From positions 2,790,001 to 2,854,000 of the forward strand of contig NC_081333.1 in assembly GCF_022539665.2 (NCBI RefSeq): a stretch of 64,000 nucleotides of DNA, read 5' to 3'. The DNA comes from Daphnia carinata. Its lineage: Eukaryota. Below are positions 20,701 to 32,314 of this stretch, one piece after another; within the stretch, counting starts at the first letter, position 1, and every line of letters begins with the position of its first letter. The notes beneath the pieces are model-generated. The model was given only the letters and a program-made list of their open reading frames with translations, had not been told where the DNA came from and did no database searches. A program made the position numbers and the translations under genes.

Positions 20701-21731
20701 CAAATGTCGGTTAAGTAGGCACTTTTCCATTCAGCCTATTCTCTATTTTAGACTGAGAAGTGTCTGTAGAGCCTCTTGCTTTATGCAAGATCCTGCGTGA
20801 GTGTCAGATGATACTGCAGCAGACGTTTCCCCATAAAACGTGCTATGGTGTAGTTTATAGTGAAAAGCGCGTGTTGAAAACATCCGTATACATGCTGAAT
20901 ATTAATCTTCTATTCAGTACTTGTGTCAGAGAAGGGAACTGGTAACGATTCTAGGCGGCAGATAACTCAGCTATAAACCCATTTTTGCATGCATGAACAA
21001 GTATTTTGTTGTATATAAGCGGCGTCTGCTGTACATTGCAAAATGCGACATACTGATGTAATTGTAGAACGTTTTGGAGGAACGGAGGGATAACGGGATA
21101 AACTGGAAAGGCTTTGCTCATTCCATTTGTGAAAAGAAAATGAAAAAACTGCAAATGACTGATAAAACTTCAGAAAATTGAATTCGACGCCCAAGGTACC
21201 TGCAGAGTCATAGTGGGGAAATTTTCCTTCTTGACTTTTGAACCTGTTTTACCATTAGGTTTTATAGACTAGTGCGTTTAGGTTTAAGTTTAAATATGTG
21301 AAATCTGCTTGGTTAGAACGCAACTTGGCAAAATGGGCGAGTCCTACAGAACGAAACTTAAAAGCCTCGCGTGACAAATGTCAAAACGAGAATCTGAAAT
21401 GAAATCGATAGCCACGTTGATTAATCGATATACCAGATACTTTTTGTTAAAACATTAAATTTCGAAATTCCAGGCCATCTGGCAACAGCGCTCCGGCTTC
21501 TGACGCTTACCCAACCCTGTACCTAGCCTTCTCCCTCAAAAAAAAAGACAAGAAATTTTCCCCGCTTCAGACGCCTTTTACGAATTAATTCGTTTGGGTT
21601 TTGTTTCTCGTGACGGCTCGCTAAATCCACCGACATCCGTCCTAATATTGCAATTCGTGTCTGTTTAATAAGTTGAACAACTTTGCAAAGAAGTTTTGCG
21701 TAGTGTAATTTATTTTAGAAACCGACAAAAA

Positions 21732-23247
21732 ATGGCCGCACCGCCGGTAAGCACCATTAAAAAAAACCTTTCATGATCGGTCGTGAAGTAGAGAAAAACT
21801 GTAGCATACTAGTAATCTTTACATTATATATTAGACTAAGATTTTCGTTGGACGTTTGCCTCTCGATGCGAAGCAAGAAGATCTACGCGCCCTTTTTGAG
21901 AAATATGGAGTCATTACAGAGTGTGACGTCCTTAACCGTTTTGGATTTGTACACATGAAATCCGAAGAGATGGCTAAACGAGCCATCGCCGCTTTACACA
22001 ATTCCGAATTCATGGGCTCCCGCATTACTGTGGAGGTAAAGGTTTCAGCAATCTGCCAAGTATTGGCATTGAATCTATCATACACCATTAGTTTTTAGTA
22101 TTATGAATAAAACTAAGTGGTTGTTGTTTCTTTCTACATTTACAGCCTTCGACTGGAAAGAAGGGAGCTGGTGGAGGTGGCAGGGGAGGACGTTCTCCAG
22201 GTGGTGGTCGTGGAGGTGGCCCAGTTGGTCGCAATGGAGGATTTGGTGCTGGTAGACCATCACCCTATGATCGCCCAAGAGGTCTTGGAGATCGCTATGG
22301 CCCTCCAGGTGGTCTACCTCCTTCAAATGGTGGAGGTAATTATAGAATATGTAAAAGTGTTTTGCAATAACTGTCTAACCTGTTCTGCTTTATTTTAGGT
22401 TATTATGAAGATTTCGACATGTATGGACGACGAGGACCCGCTCCGGTTTCCCGGGATCCCTACGGTCCACCATCATATGAACGACGTGGCTACGAGCCAG
22501 GTTACGGAGACCGCTACGGAGGTGGCGATCGGGATCGGCGTCCTATGCCCCCAATGGGCGGTTCACCTTACGATAGGCGCCCACCACCATCAGCCGATTA
22601 CCCACCATCCCGAGCCGGACCTGAATACCGTAGGAGGACGCCACCTCCTGGCCCCATGGGCGACACCTAGTAAGTTCGAAAATATTGCCAGTTACAATGA
22701 AACCGCTACCCACAGAATATCATAATTCTAATTTCTGTGTTCTCGTTTTTTCATCACCAGTGGTCGATTTGATCGTGACGTGTACGAAGCTGTGCCATCT
22801 GATCCTTACGGCTCTAGACGGTAAGCTATCTCTAGCCTTCTATCGTTGTCGTCCAGTCGTTGCTCTCGCCAATACGAAACACCTGACGAATTGAAAGTGT
22901 GGTCTAGGCCAAGTGAACGCGGCGCAAGACCGGGGGAAAAAAAATGAAAAATAAAGATGTTTTTTAATTATTTGCCGACCGTTTCGCGGTCCACTTTGCG
23001 TAGATCCGACACAATTCAGCCATTCTTCAAAGGCTGTCGTAGTTTTTTTTTTCTTTTCTTTTTTTTTCGTTGCTTCGTTCCTCTTTTCTTCTACGTGTTG
23101 ATTACAAAAGTAGTCAAAAGAAATTGCATTTGCTGTATATTCCGACCGTCCAATTTCGTGACTATTGTCTATGCTCTACCGTTATACCACAGCTATCCGG
23201 GCGCCGCCCCACTCGGAGACCGAGACCTGCCTCCCCGTCGTTATTAA
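21732..23247 (+). CDS. Single-RRM RNA-binding protein, lark/RBM4-like RRM followed by RGG and Y/P/R/D-rich low-complexity tail; 263 aa; exons 21732-21746, 21835-22035, 22146-22335, 22399-22669, 22761-22820, 23193-23247
   Basis: TKIFVGRLP..LRALFEKYGVITECDVLNRFGFVHM..AIAALH..RITVE (RNP2/RNP1 of lark/RBM4 type); GGRGG repeats; exons sum to 792 nt in frame. Confidence 0.88.
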
Positions 23248-25494
23248 AACAAAAAAATAAAAAAACGAATGAGAGCTCGAAGTATGCGCAGCGTCGTCCT
23301 TGTGGGAAGTAAGAAAGGAGCGATTTAAGACAACCGGGAAAAAGTAAAAAAAAAAAAAAACCTCACCGATTTCGTGTTCTCATATCTCGTCCGCCGTCGT
23401 CCTCGTCGCGTTCTGAATAATAATTTGATAAACAATAATTAAAAAAAAGACGCAACTAAAAGTGAAAAAGGCGATGACTTGTTCACTCAACCTCAACACA
23501 CAAAAAACATCCGGTCTCTTTTTATATATCTCCACCTTCCTTGGCTTTTGCAGCGCGGCCGTTTGACAGACGAATATGCATCGAGCGTCGCGCGAGTCTA
23601 AAGCGAAAAGAAGTTTCACACATCGAGAGGATTAAAATTGTTCATTTCATTTTTTTTAAAAATCTGTCATGGTCATCAATCGAGTAGTGTTTAGTACTTG
23701 TCTTGTTTGTAATCAATTTTTTTCCTTCATATCCGTTCAACCTCGTCTCCTCAGTCGCTCTTCCGGATGGATCACAAAAAAAATAAATAAGTAGTTTACT
23801 TTACGTAATTGGAAAAGCAGAAATTCCATTACCGGAAAGTTTTGACATTAGAAATCTTAATTTGAAAAGCTGATTCCTGTCCCTATCACGATTCTTGCCT
23901 CTCACCACCTCCCCTAGTTGACGTCGCCTGCATTTTTTTTTTGAAATTTGTCTCACTTCCTTTTTTTTTTTTCAGTTCTCATATGATTTTAAATTCTTTT
24001 TGGGAATCGTTTTTCTCTTGCAATTGATTTTGCTCTCCCCTACATCTCTCCCCCCGATAGTACGGTGCGACTTGATTCGAAATAATTTTGTAAGACCGTT
24101 GTTTCTTTTGGCTGAAAAGCGACACGTCATGAAAAAAAAAAGAATACACGACCATTTGTGGATGCTCAACCCAACAACAATCGGGGGAAACGTTTGCGTT
24201 TTTTCAAGAAGAATGTGGTTGACGTTCGGAGCCTTAATGCTTTTTCGAAATAATCGCATCCTTGTAGGCGAAGTGTGACACGCTTTCGTAGATTGGAGAA
24301 CAGTCGATTTGTTTTAGTTATCCGATTCGCCGATCGTTATAAACGAGAGCCCTACTATTCCGACCGCGAAGGAATTTATTCCTGGATCATCGTCTACCGA
24401 AAAAACCAGACCGAAAAAAAAATGATTCCGTCCGTAGAGAGAAAAAGAAATAGGGCGCCCGCGACTGCATTTCCTAAGAATAGAAATCAGGTAAGCCGCA
24501 AATATATTTTGAAATCGGGATGTGCTTTTACTTGAAGCACGTCCCGTGATAACGAAAAATGGCAACATTGTGTCCTGAATGCGTGAACAAATCAACAAAA
24601 TGTTATTCAATTTTTGTTTTTAACTCTTGTGTATTCGTAACGATCCTTCCATTATAGTCCCGCGTTTGCGGTTTTTCTTAGTGCCACGTTGCCCGCGTTT
24701 TCTTGAAAAGGGACGATGGGAAAGTGCGCATGTCCTTGGAAAGGCGAAACAATTATTTACTGCTCCCGTGGCTTCTCCATTTGATCTTGGTCACTCCCTC
24801 CCCCCACTTCTGGCTCCACCCAGTTTGGCTCGCCCATTCAGAACGAAAAAAGGCTGCTGCGATGTGTCTTGTTTGTCTCGTGTAATTTTACTCGCGGTCG
24901 CTGCCCGATTGCATCAGCGGTTTTTTTTTGTCGTGTGTGTGTGTGTGTGCTGTATGTATGCCCGTTTCAAGTTTGCGGAGTGTTTAAAAAAACGAAGCTC
25001 GGCGAGGAAACCGCGCGCGCTCGAGAAAGACTTCTGCACACGTTGGGGAGCGTTTCTGCACGCACTAGGAGGTCTCGAAAAGAGGAGAAAAGAAGTTTTA
25101 TTTAATCGCGCAACTTGGCCGACGTGTAAAGCCCCCTCGTGATCGAGAGACATTCTCACAACAGCGCAGGTTTGTGCGTCTCCGGCCTTTTTTTTTTCCT
25201 TCCTCTTTGTAACCAAACAACAGGAAAAAAACGTAAGAAGCAGCAGCGTCGTCGTTTTCTGTTAAAAGTGGAACGACGAGGTACGATGAGTAGTGTCCAA
25301 AGATTGCGCGTTGTTTCTCAATTTTGTTTTTAACAATAATCGGTCGTCTTCGTTTCTCTATATATTGTTTATTTATTTATTGCATTATCTTTCGTTTGGT
25401 TTTTTTCTTTTTCAAATCCCCTTGTTTTGGTTGTTTATTTTTATCGTGTGTTGTACATATTTGTGTTACTCTACGGACATAGACAGTAGAGGAC

Positions 25495-28400
25495 ATGCTG
25501 AACAGCGGCCGAACGGGGACAGAAGCGGTGGCGATTGTGGCTTCGACGTTGGACGCGGATGATGATAGCGAAATTGTTTCTACATCTCCGAACAACGGCG
25601 GGCGCCCCCCCATCGACGCGGCTCATGTGCCCAAGAAGCTATGGCGCCATTCGTCTATGGACGTCTGCGCCAACCTCGAAGCCAAGAACGAGTCGAAAGT
25701 CCTGGTTCTCTATACTGGTAAAGTGTTAAACTTTAAAATGAGATATGAAGGAATATTCAAGACCGGTAATAACAGGCATCTTGTTTTCCCAACCATTTTA
25801 GGAGGAACGATTGGCATGATGAGAAACGAGAATGGAGGTAAGATAACGTTTACGTTTTCTAGTCCCGCACATGTTCAGCACTCCCTGCCGGCGTATCGAT
25901 CGATAGCAAAACCTTTTGACGTCACATGGCACGACAAAAAATGACGTCGTCAGCGTATAATCGTCTTTAGTTTACATACTAGTATTTTAACCACGCCCCC
26001 GTCGCTCGTTGCGTCAGTTCTTGGCACAGCTCAAATGTTTTTCCTCCTCTGTGTGCTAGAAATGTTTAAAACTAATACTACCAGTCGTATCAACCATTTG
26101 CAGAAAACTTTCTCCTCCGCTTTCTTGTCTGTATTTGCACGGTGATTTCTTGTCACCACGATGAGATGTCGTGATCTGCTTGTCTAATTAGTAGGATAGA
26201 GGAATTCCTATCATGAAGAGCTATCGATTTTTTGTAATTGAGCTAAATGGCAGTTGCCTTGGCATTGTTGATGCTTTCATGGCCTTATGCTTACTGGTTC
26301 GCCATTCGTTTTCGTTGCGGTTGTTGAATATCATTTTGACCTTGATTTTTGCGTTGTGTTTTGTTTTCTTGTTTAGCATTGGTACCCATGGCGAATGCCC
26401 TGGAGCGGATGATCCGGCGAGCGATTCATTTGCACGATGAGAAATATGCAACTGCCCGTTTCGGTGCAGGAAATACTCACAAGGCTCCTTTAGCTCTGCC
26501 GTCACTCGGCCCTGATGCCAAACGTATTCTCTACACCATCTACGAATACGAGCCGCTACTGGATTCGTCCAACATGACGATGGACGACTGGATCAATATT
26601 GCAAAAGATCTGAGGGTGTGTCTGTGATGCTACATTTAATTTCCGGCCATCGTTGAATCGTAATGTTTGATGGTTTTGCGCTTTGCTTCGCAGAGATCGT
26701 ACGAACTCTTTGACGGCTTCGTCATCCTTCACGGCACTGATACGTTATCCTACACGGCGTCGGCGTTGTCTTTCATGCTGGAGAACCTGGGCAAAACGGT
26801 GATAGTCACCGGCTCGCAAATTCCCATTTTTGAAATAAGGAGCGACGGTCGGGATAACTTTCTCGGCGCTTTGATCGTTGCCGGAACCTATTGCATACCA
26901 GAAGTGTGCGTCTTTTTCAACCACAAGCTCTACCGAGGCAACCGGACAGTCAAACGCTCCAACGGTTCTCTGGACGCATTTGATTCGCCAAACCTGCCGT
27001 CCCTCGCACACTTCGGCATTGATGTGCACGGTAACTTAACTTTCATCTTTCCATTCGTGCTTGTATCCTAATTGAATCGTTTTTCTTTATCCAGTGGATT
27101 ATAGATCAGTGTTTAGACCGGTCTCCATCGATCGATTCCGTGTTCATTCCATTTTGAATCGCAACGTTTGTCTGCTCCGTCTTTTCCCCAGTATTACCAT
27201 TCAGACAGTCCGTGCGTTACTCCATCCGCCAATTGAAGGCATTGTCATGCAAACATATGGCTCAGGTAAGACTTTAATTTCCAGATGTTTGGTTACGAAG
27301 TTATATTGTTAATGGGGTAGTATTTGACTGGTTTTAGGTAACGTCCCTTCCAATCGTCTGGATCTCATCGACGAGCTCCGGAGGGCCACACAGAACGGTG
27401 TCTTGATAATTAATACCACGCAATGTTGCCACGGCGCTGTTCAGGCCATATACGAAACTGGAGCTGCCCTTCTGGGAGCTGGAGTTATACCTGGTGCTGA
27501 TATGACACCTGAAGCTGCGCTAACGAAGTTGTCGTACGTTTTGTCAAAAGATGAGTGGGATCTTGAAACCAAGAGGCAGATGATGATGACCAATTTACGA
27601 GGTGAATTGACGCTTCCACACACGAAACTGGATAAAGAAATGGAATTGGTTGAAGCTTTAGCACGTTCCTTGCATTTGTCTTCCAGCGAAGAAATGGAAC
27701 AACTCAAAGACGTTCTTTTCCCCTCACTCATTTGTTCAGCCGTCAAGGTAAAAACTTAATATGTTCCAGTTATCAGCATCGTCGCGATTTTAAAAAAAAA
27801 TTTTGTGGATTTATTTTCAATGATTTTTAGACGGGGGATTTGCCTAAATTAGAATCCTTGGAGAAATATGGTGCCAACCTGTCTGCTGGCGATGTTGATG
27901 GTCGGACTCCGCTTCATGCGGCAGCTACTGAAGGACGTTTGGACGTTGTTGAATTTCTGCTGGGCAGAGGAGCCTCCGTTCACTCGAGAGATCGTTCAGG
28001 AAATACGCCGCTAATGTCAGCAGTTGCAGGAGATCACCACGATGTAGTAAGTGCAAACTGTTTTTACCCTGATTACGTTGAGCAGAATTCTTAGTTATCC
28101 TGATCTAACCACTCAGATAGCTGTATTGGTGCAATGTGGAGCTCACTTGACATCGGGACCTCACACAATTGGCGAAATGTTGTGCAGTGCTGCTGCTAGA
28201 GGAAATGTGAAACGACTCACCTCGTTGATGGAAGCTGGGGCTGACCTTAACCAACCGGATGTCAGCAATCGAACAGCATTGCATTTAGCTGCCCATCACA
28301 ACCAGGTGAAATATAAATATGTTTGTATTTTTTTTACTGCCATACAACCTAGCTTGGCTTACAGCAGTCATCTGAGCATTTGTTTAATCTAAATTGAATT

Positions 28401-28555
28401 ACTGTATTTAGGAATCCTGTGTTATCTTTCTATTGAAGAACCGAGCGTTACTCAACAAGGATGACTTTGGACTTACACCTGCTGACGTGGCTCGAAAATT
28501 TGAACATGGAAACATTCTCAGAATGTTATCCGTTTCCGAAGAAAATTCTGTTTAA
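25495..28555 (+). CDS. ASPG: L-asparaginase / 60 kDa lysophospholipase (ASPG-type) with C-terminal ankyrin repeats; exons 25495-25717, 25802-25837, 26377-26615, 26694-27030, 27095-27265, 27338-27747, 27831-28046, 28117-28305, 28412-28555
   Basis: Catalytic motifs VLYTGGTIGM and ILHGTDTLSY; PLLDSSNM; DMTPEAALTKLSY; ankyrin repeats DGRTPLHAAA, GNTPLMSAV, NRTALHLAA. Start codon tentative; an upstream 5' exon probably ends near 25280. Confidence 0.92.
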
Positions 28556-28939
28556 CGTATCAAAGAATGTGTGTAGTTTTGAACTATCATACGTTTGCAA
28601 TCAATAAACGATGTAGTTGGGTAAAGTTCGAGGCTTTTTCAATGCAAATTATTGTACGGACTTATTCATTCAATGCAGTTCTTGTCTTAAATAGCAAGTT
28701 TTGAAGGTCTTTAACACTTGCTATTCATTTCTTTTGGTTATAAATTAGAAAACAAGATAGTGCTGCTGCGTCTCTGTATTTGCCTTGCACTTCGGCTGCG
28801 TGCGAGTAGTGAAACCCGTGTACGAATGTTTCTTAAATATAGGCATTCCAATGAGAAGTTCGTTTAAATCCATTCGTTAATTAAAGTTAGAAGATATCCA
28901 CCATTGCCATCTAACGACAGCTCAATCATTCTATAAACG

Positions 28940-31935
28940 AAATAAGCCCGACTTTTTGTAAAAAAACGTTGTTTCTATCAAAACCATGTATTTAAAATGA
29001 TTTCTAAATTTTAGCCAAAATTGAAAAAGTAGGAAGCCTTCCCACTTTTGCCAAAATCAGCAAAGTATGACATCTCATGGAATTGGATGAAACGTACCAG
29101 AAATAGTCAGAATTGAACGCTGATTCAGAATATAGCATTAGTTTTCTCCTTAGCCCTGCAGTTTATGAATAAAACGCAATCAAAGCTAATTTAGTTTGTT
29201 TACCGTCGCCAACGCCATCTATTAACAGAAATATCGAAAAAATCAGTTATGATGCTGGAAATATCAACCAAACTAGGATCTAGACAGAATCACTATCGGT
29301 AAACTTAATAAAGTGAACGAAACTGGATTGTCTATAAAAATTAAAAAAAACTGTTGAATTTCCATTAAAGGCTGGAAAAACAATATTTGTAATTTTTTTT
29401 TCAATACAGCCGGAATACTGGTCGCCTAATTTTAAAATTGAATCCCTTTTTTAAAAAGCAAATTTTAAAGTCAGTATTCGTGATCCTCATTTATTTGGAG
29501 TATAAATCTTTTGTTTTTAAAGCTATATTGAGGTTTCTAATAAAAAAGTGCAATAACGAAAAAGTCGGGCTTATTTTGTTGGGCTTATTTTGTTGGGATT
29601 GTTTTTTACGCCTGAAAAAAGTTAGGCTTATGAAGTTGATTTGGAATACTATAAAACCATCGTGTTCCAGCGACATTTGAATGCTGGTTTCGAATAAAAT
29701 ATTTTTTTCCCCTTAGTTATGCAGTTTTTGAATAAAGCGCAATCAAAGTGGTCTCAGACAAACTACTTTGGATCCGAATAACGCAAAAAGTATTAGTCCC
29801 ATGTAAAAATGAAGCCGATTTTCGTGATCTCCGTTAAATTTCGAGTAATATTCATGTACTTTTAGCTATATTTAAATTTTTGCCAAAAATGAAAAAGTGG
29901 GAAGGCTATAGCCTTCTCACTTTTGTAGAAATTCGAAGAAAATGGCATCTCGTAGAATTCGATGAAACGCACCAGAAATGATCAGAATTAACCGCTGATT
30001 CCGAATATAGCATTAGTTTTCCCCTTAGATGTGCAGTTTCGGAATAGAATGCAATCAAAGTGATTTTAGTTTGTTTACCGTCGCCAACGCCATCTATTAA
30101 CAGAAATATCGTAAAAATAGGTTTCGATGCTGGAAATATCAATCGAACTAGGATCTAAACAAGACTTAGGGGTAAACTAATCTTGTATTCGTAAACACCG
30201 TTCAATTTTGATTATCATGGGTGAGTTTTATCCAATTCCGTGAGATTTCGTTTTTTGCAGATTTTGACAAAAGTGAGAAGGCTATAAGCCTTCCCACTTT
30301 TTCATTTTTGGTCCAAATTTAGATTTCACTTAAAATACATGATTTCGATTCAAAATTGAATGGAAATCATGAAAATCAAGTTCATTTTTGCATTGGCTTT
30401 ATGGTTTTTGAAATATTCGTAAAAAACAGAGGGTGCGCTAACAAATAACATCACTTTTTGTCATTTATTTCAAAAACGGGGGGCTTAGCGACAAAACCAA
30501 TCACAGAATCGAAATCATCGTAAAATTTTGATTATACGATACGAGTTTCATCCAATTCCGTGAGATTTCGTTTTTGGTCGATTTTGACAAAAGTGAGAAG
30601 GCTATAGCCTTCCCACTTTTTTTTTTGGCCCAAATTTAGATTTCAAAAATACATGATTTCGACTCAAAATTGAATGGAAATCATGAAAATCAAGTTCATT
30701 TTTGCATTGGCTTTATGGTTTTTGAAATATTCGTAAAAAACAGAGTGTGCACTAACAAGTAACATCACTTTTTTTCATTTATTTCAAAAACGGGGGGCTT
30801 AGCGACAAAACCAATCACAGAATCGAAATCATCGTAAAATTTTGATGGTGCGGTACGAGTTTCATCCAATTCCGTGAGATTTCGTTTTTGGCCGATTTTG
30901 ACAAAAGTAAGAAGGCTATAGCCTTCCCACTTTTTCATTTTCGGCCAAAATTTAAATTTCACTTAAAATACATGATTTCGATTCAAAATTTAATGGAAAT
31001 CATGAAAATCAAGTTCATTTTTGCATTGGCTTTATGGTTTTTGAAATATTCGTAAAAAACAGAGGGTGCGCTAACAAATAACATCACTTTTTGTCATTTA
31101 TTTCAAAAACGGGGGGCTTAGCGACAAAACCAATCACAGAATCGAAATCATCGTAAAATTTTGATTATACGATACGAGTTTCATCCAATTCCGTGAGATT
31201 TCGTTTTTGGCCGATTTTGACAAAAGTGAGAAGGCTATAGCCTTCCCACTTTTTCATTTTTGGCCCAAATTTTAGATTTCACTTAAAATACATGATTTCG
31301 ACTCAAAATTGAATGGAAATCATGAAAATCAAGTTCATTTTTGCATTGGCTTTATGGGTTTTGAAATATTCGTAAAAAACAGAGTGTGCGCTAACAAATA
31401 ACATCACTTTTTTTTTATTTATTTCAAAAACGGGGGGCTTAGCGACAAAACCAATCACAGAATCGAAATCATCGTAAAATTTTGATGATGCGGTACAAGT
31501 TTCATCCAATTCCGTGAGATTTCGTTTTTGGCCGATTTTGACAAAAGTGAGAAGGCTATAGCCTTCCCACTTTTTCATTTTTGGCCCAAATTTAGATTTC
31601 ACTTAAAATACATGATTTCGACTCAAAATTGAATGGAAATCATGAAAATCAAGTTCATTTTTGCATTGGCTTTATGGGTTTTGAAATATTCGTAAAAAAA
31701 CAGAGGGTGCGCTAATAGGTCGGGCTTATTTTCAAGCCATTCGCCACCAAATACTTGTGCTGCATCGCGCTAATGCTGGAGCCTACTGGCGCGCTAGCAT
31801 TCTGAAACACTGGGTGTATTTTAAAAATGATTAACTTAAGGAAAAAAGTAGCAATTTTCCCGGAATCAGCATTCAATTTTTAGTATATCCTGTGATATTC
31901 AACCAATTCCGATGAGTGTCAGTATTTGCAGAAAA
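28940..31935. mobile_element. Non-coding foldback/satellite-like repetitive element (probable non-autonomous DNA element): diverged forward copies 28985-30165, homogeneous inverted tandem copies 30200-31716, short inverted repeats near the ends
   Basis: AAATAAGCCCGAC(TTTTT) at 28940 is inverted at 29559-29576 and 31719-31731; 28985-29290 is directly repeated at ~29860-30165; the shared core appears in opposite orientation in the tandem array; degenerate copy at ~31850-31935; no transposase ORF and no TSD seen. Confidence 0.55.
30200..31716. repeat. Tandem array of ~4.7 copies of a ~320-bp unit, each with a 32-bp near-perfect palindrome
   Basis: Palindrome centre GCTATA starts at 30281, 30601, 30915, 31234 and 31555 (spacing 314-321 bp); consensus palindrome AAAAGTGAGAAGGCTATAGCCTTCCCACTTTT. 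Confidence 0.95.
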
Positions 31936-32314
31936 CTTAATTATGGAGAATAGATTGTCACTAAAGGATTGTTGGTATAGGAACTCTTAGACTCCGCTAT
32001 ATCAGTGATGAGGTGAAATATCTTCGTAAAAGGAATACGTAGGTGACAGACCTACGTGAAACAGCTAACCCATTACGAACTAAGAAACACAAAAAATGGG
32101 AAAACATCACTTTTAAATTCCTGATTTGTTGTATTCAGGTAGTCAATTCTGAGAACAGTTAAACAACACACAGGGTCAACTAAACTCAAAAGGATCTTGG
32201 ACTGTAAAGCTCCACGAGAAAGTCGAAAATTAAATGTAGAAAAAAAAATAATTCAGGAGTTGCTGACTCATCAGTTGTAAGGCAACGAGAACTTCGTGAC
32301 GGATTACGTTCAGT

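Noticed and set aside
30200..31716. CRISPR-like array (palindromic repeats at regular spacing) and repeated ORFs MKxKFxPKMKKWEGYSLL
   Set aside because: Intervening sequences are near-identical rather than unique spacers, the context is eukaryotic with no cas genes, and the ORFs are by-products of the repeat.
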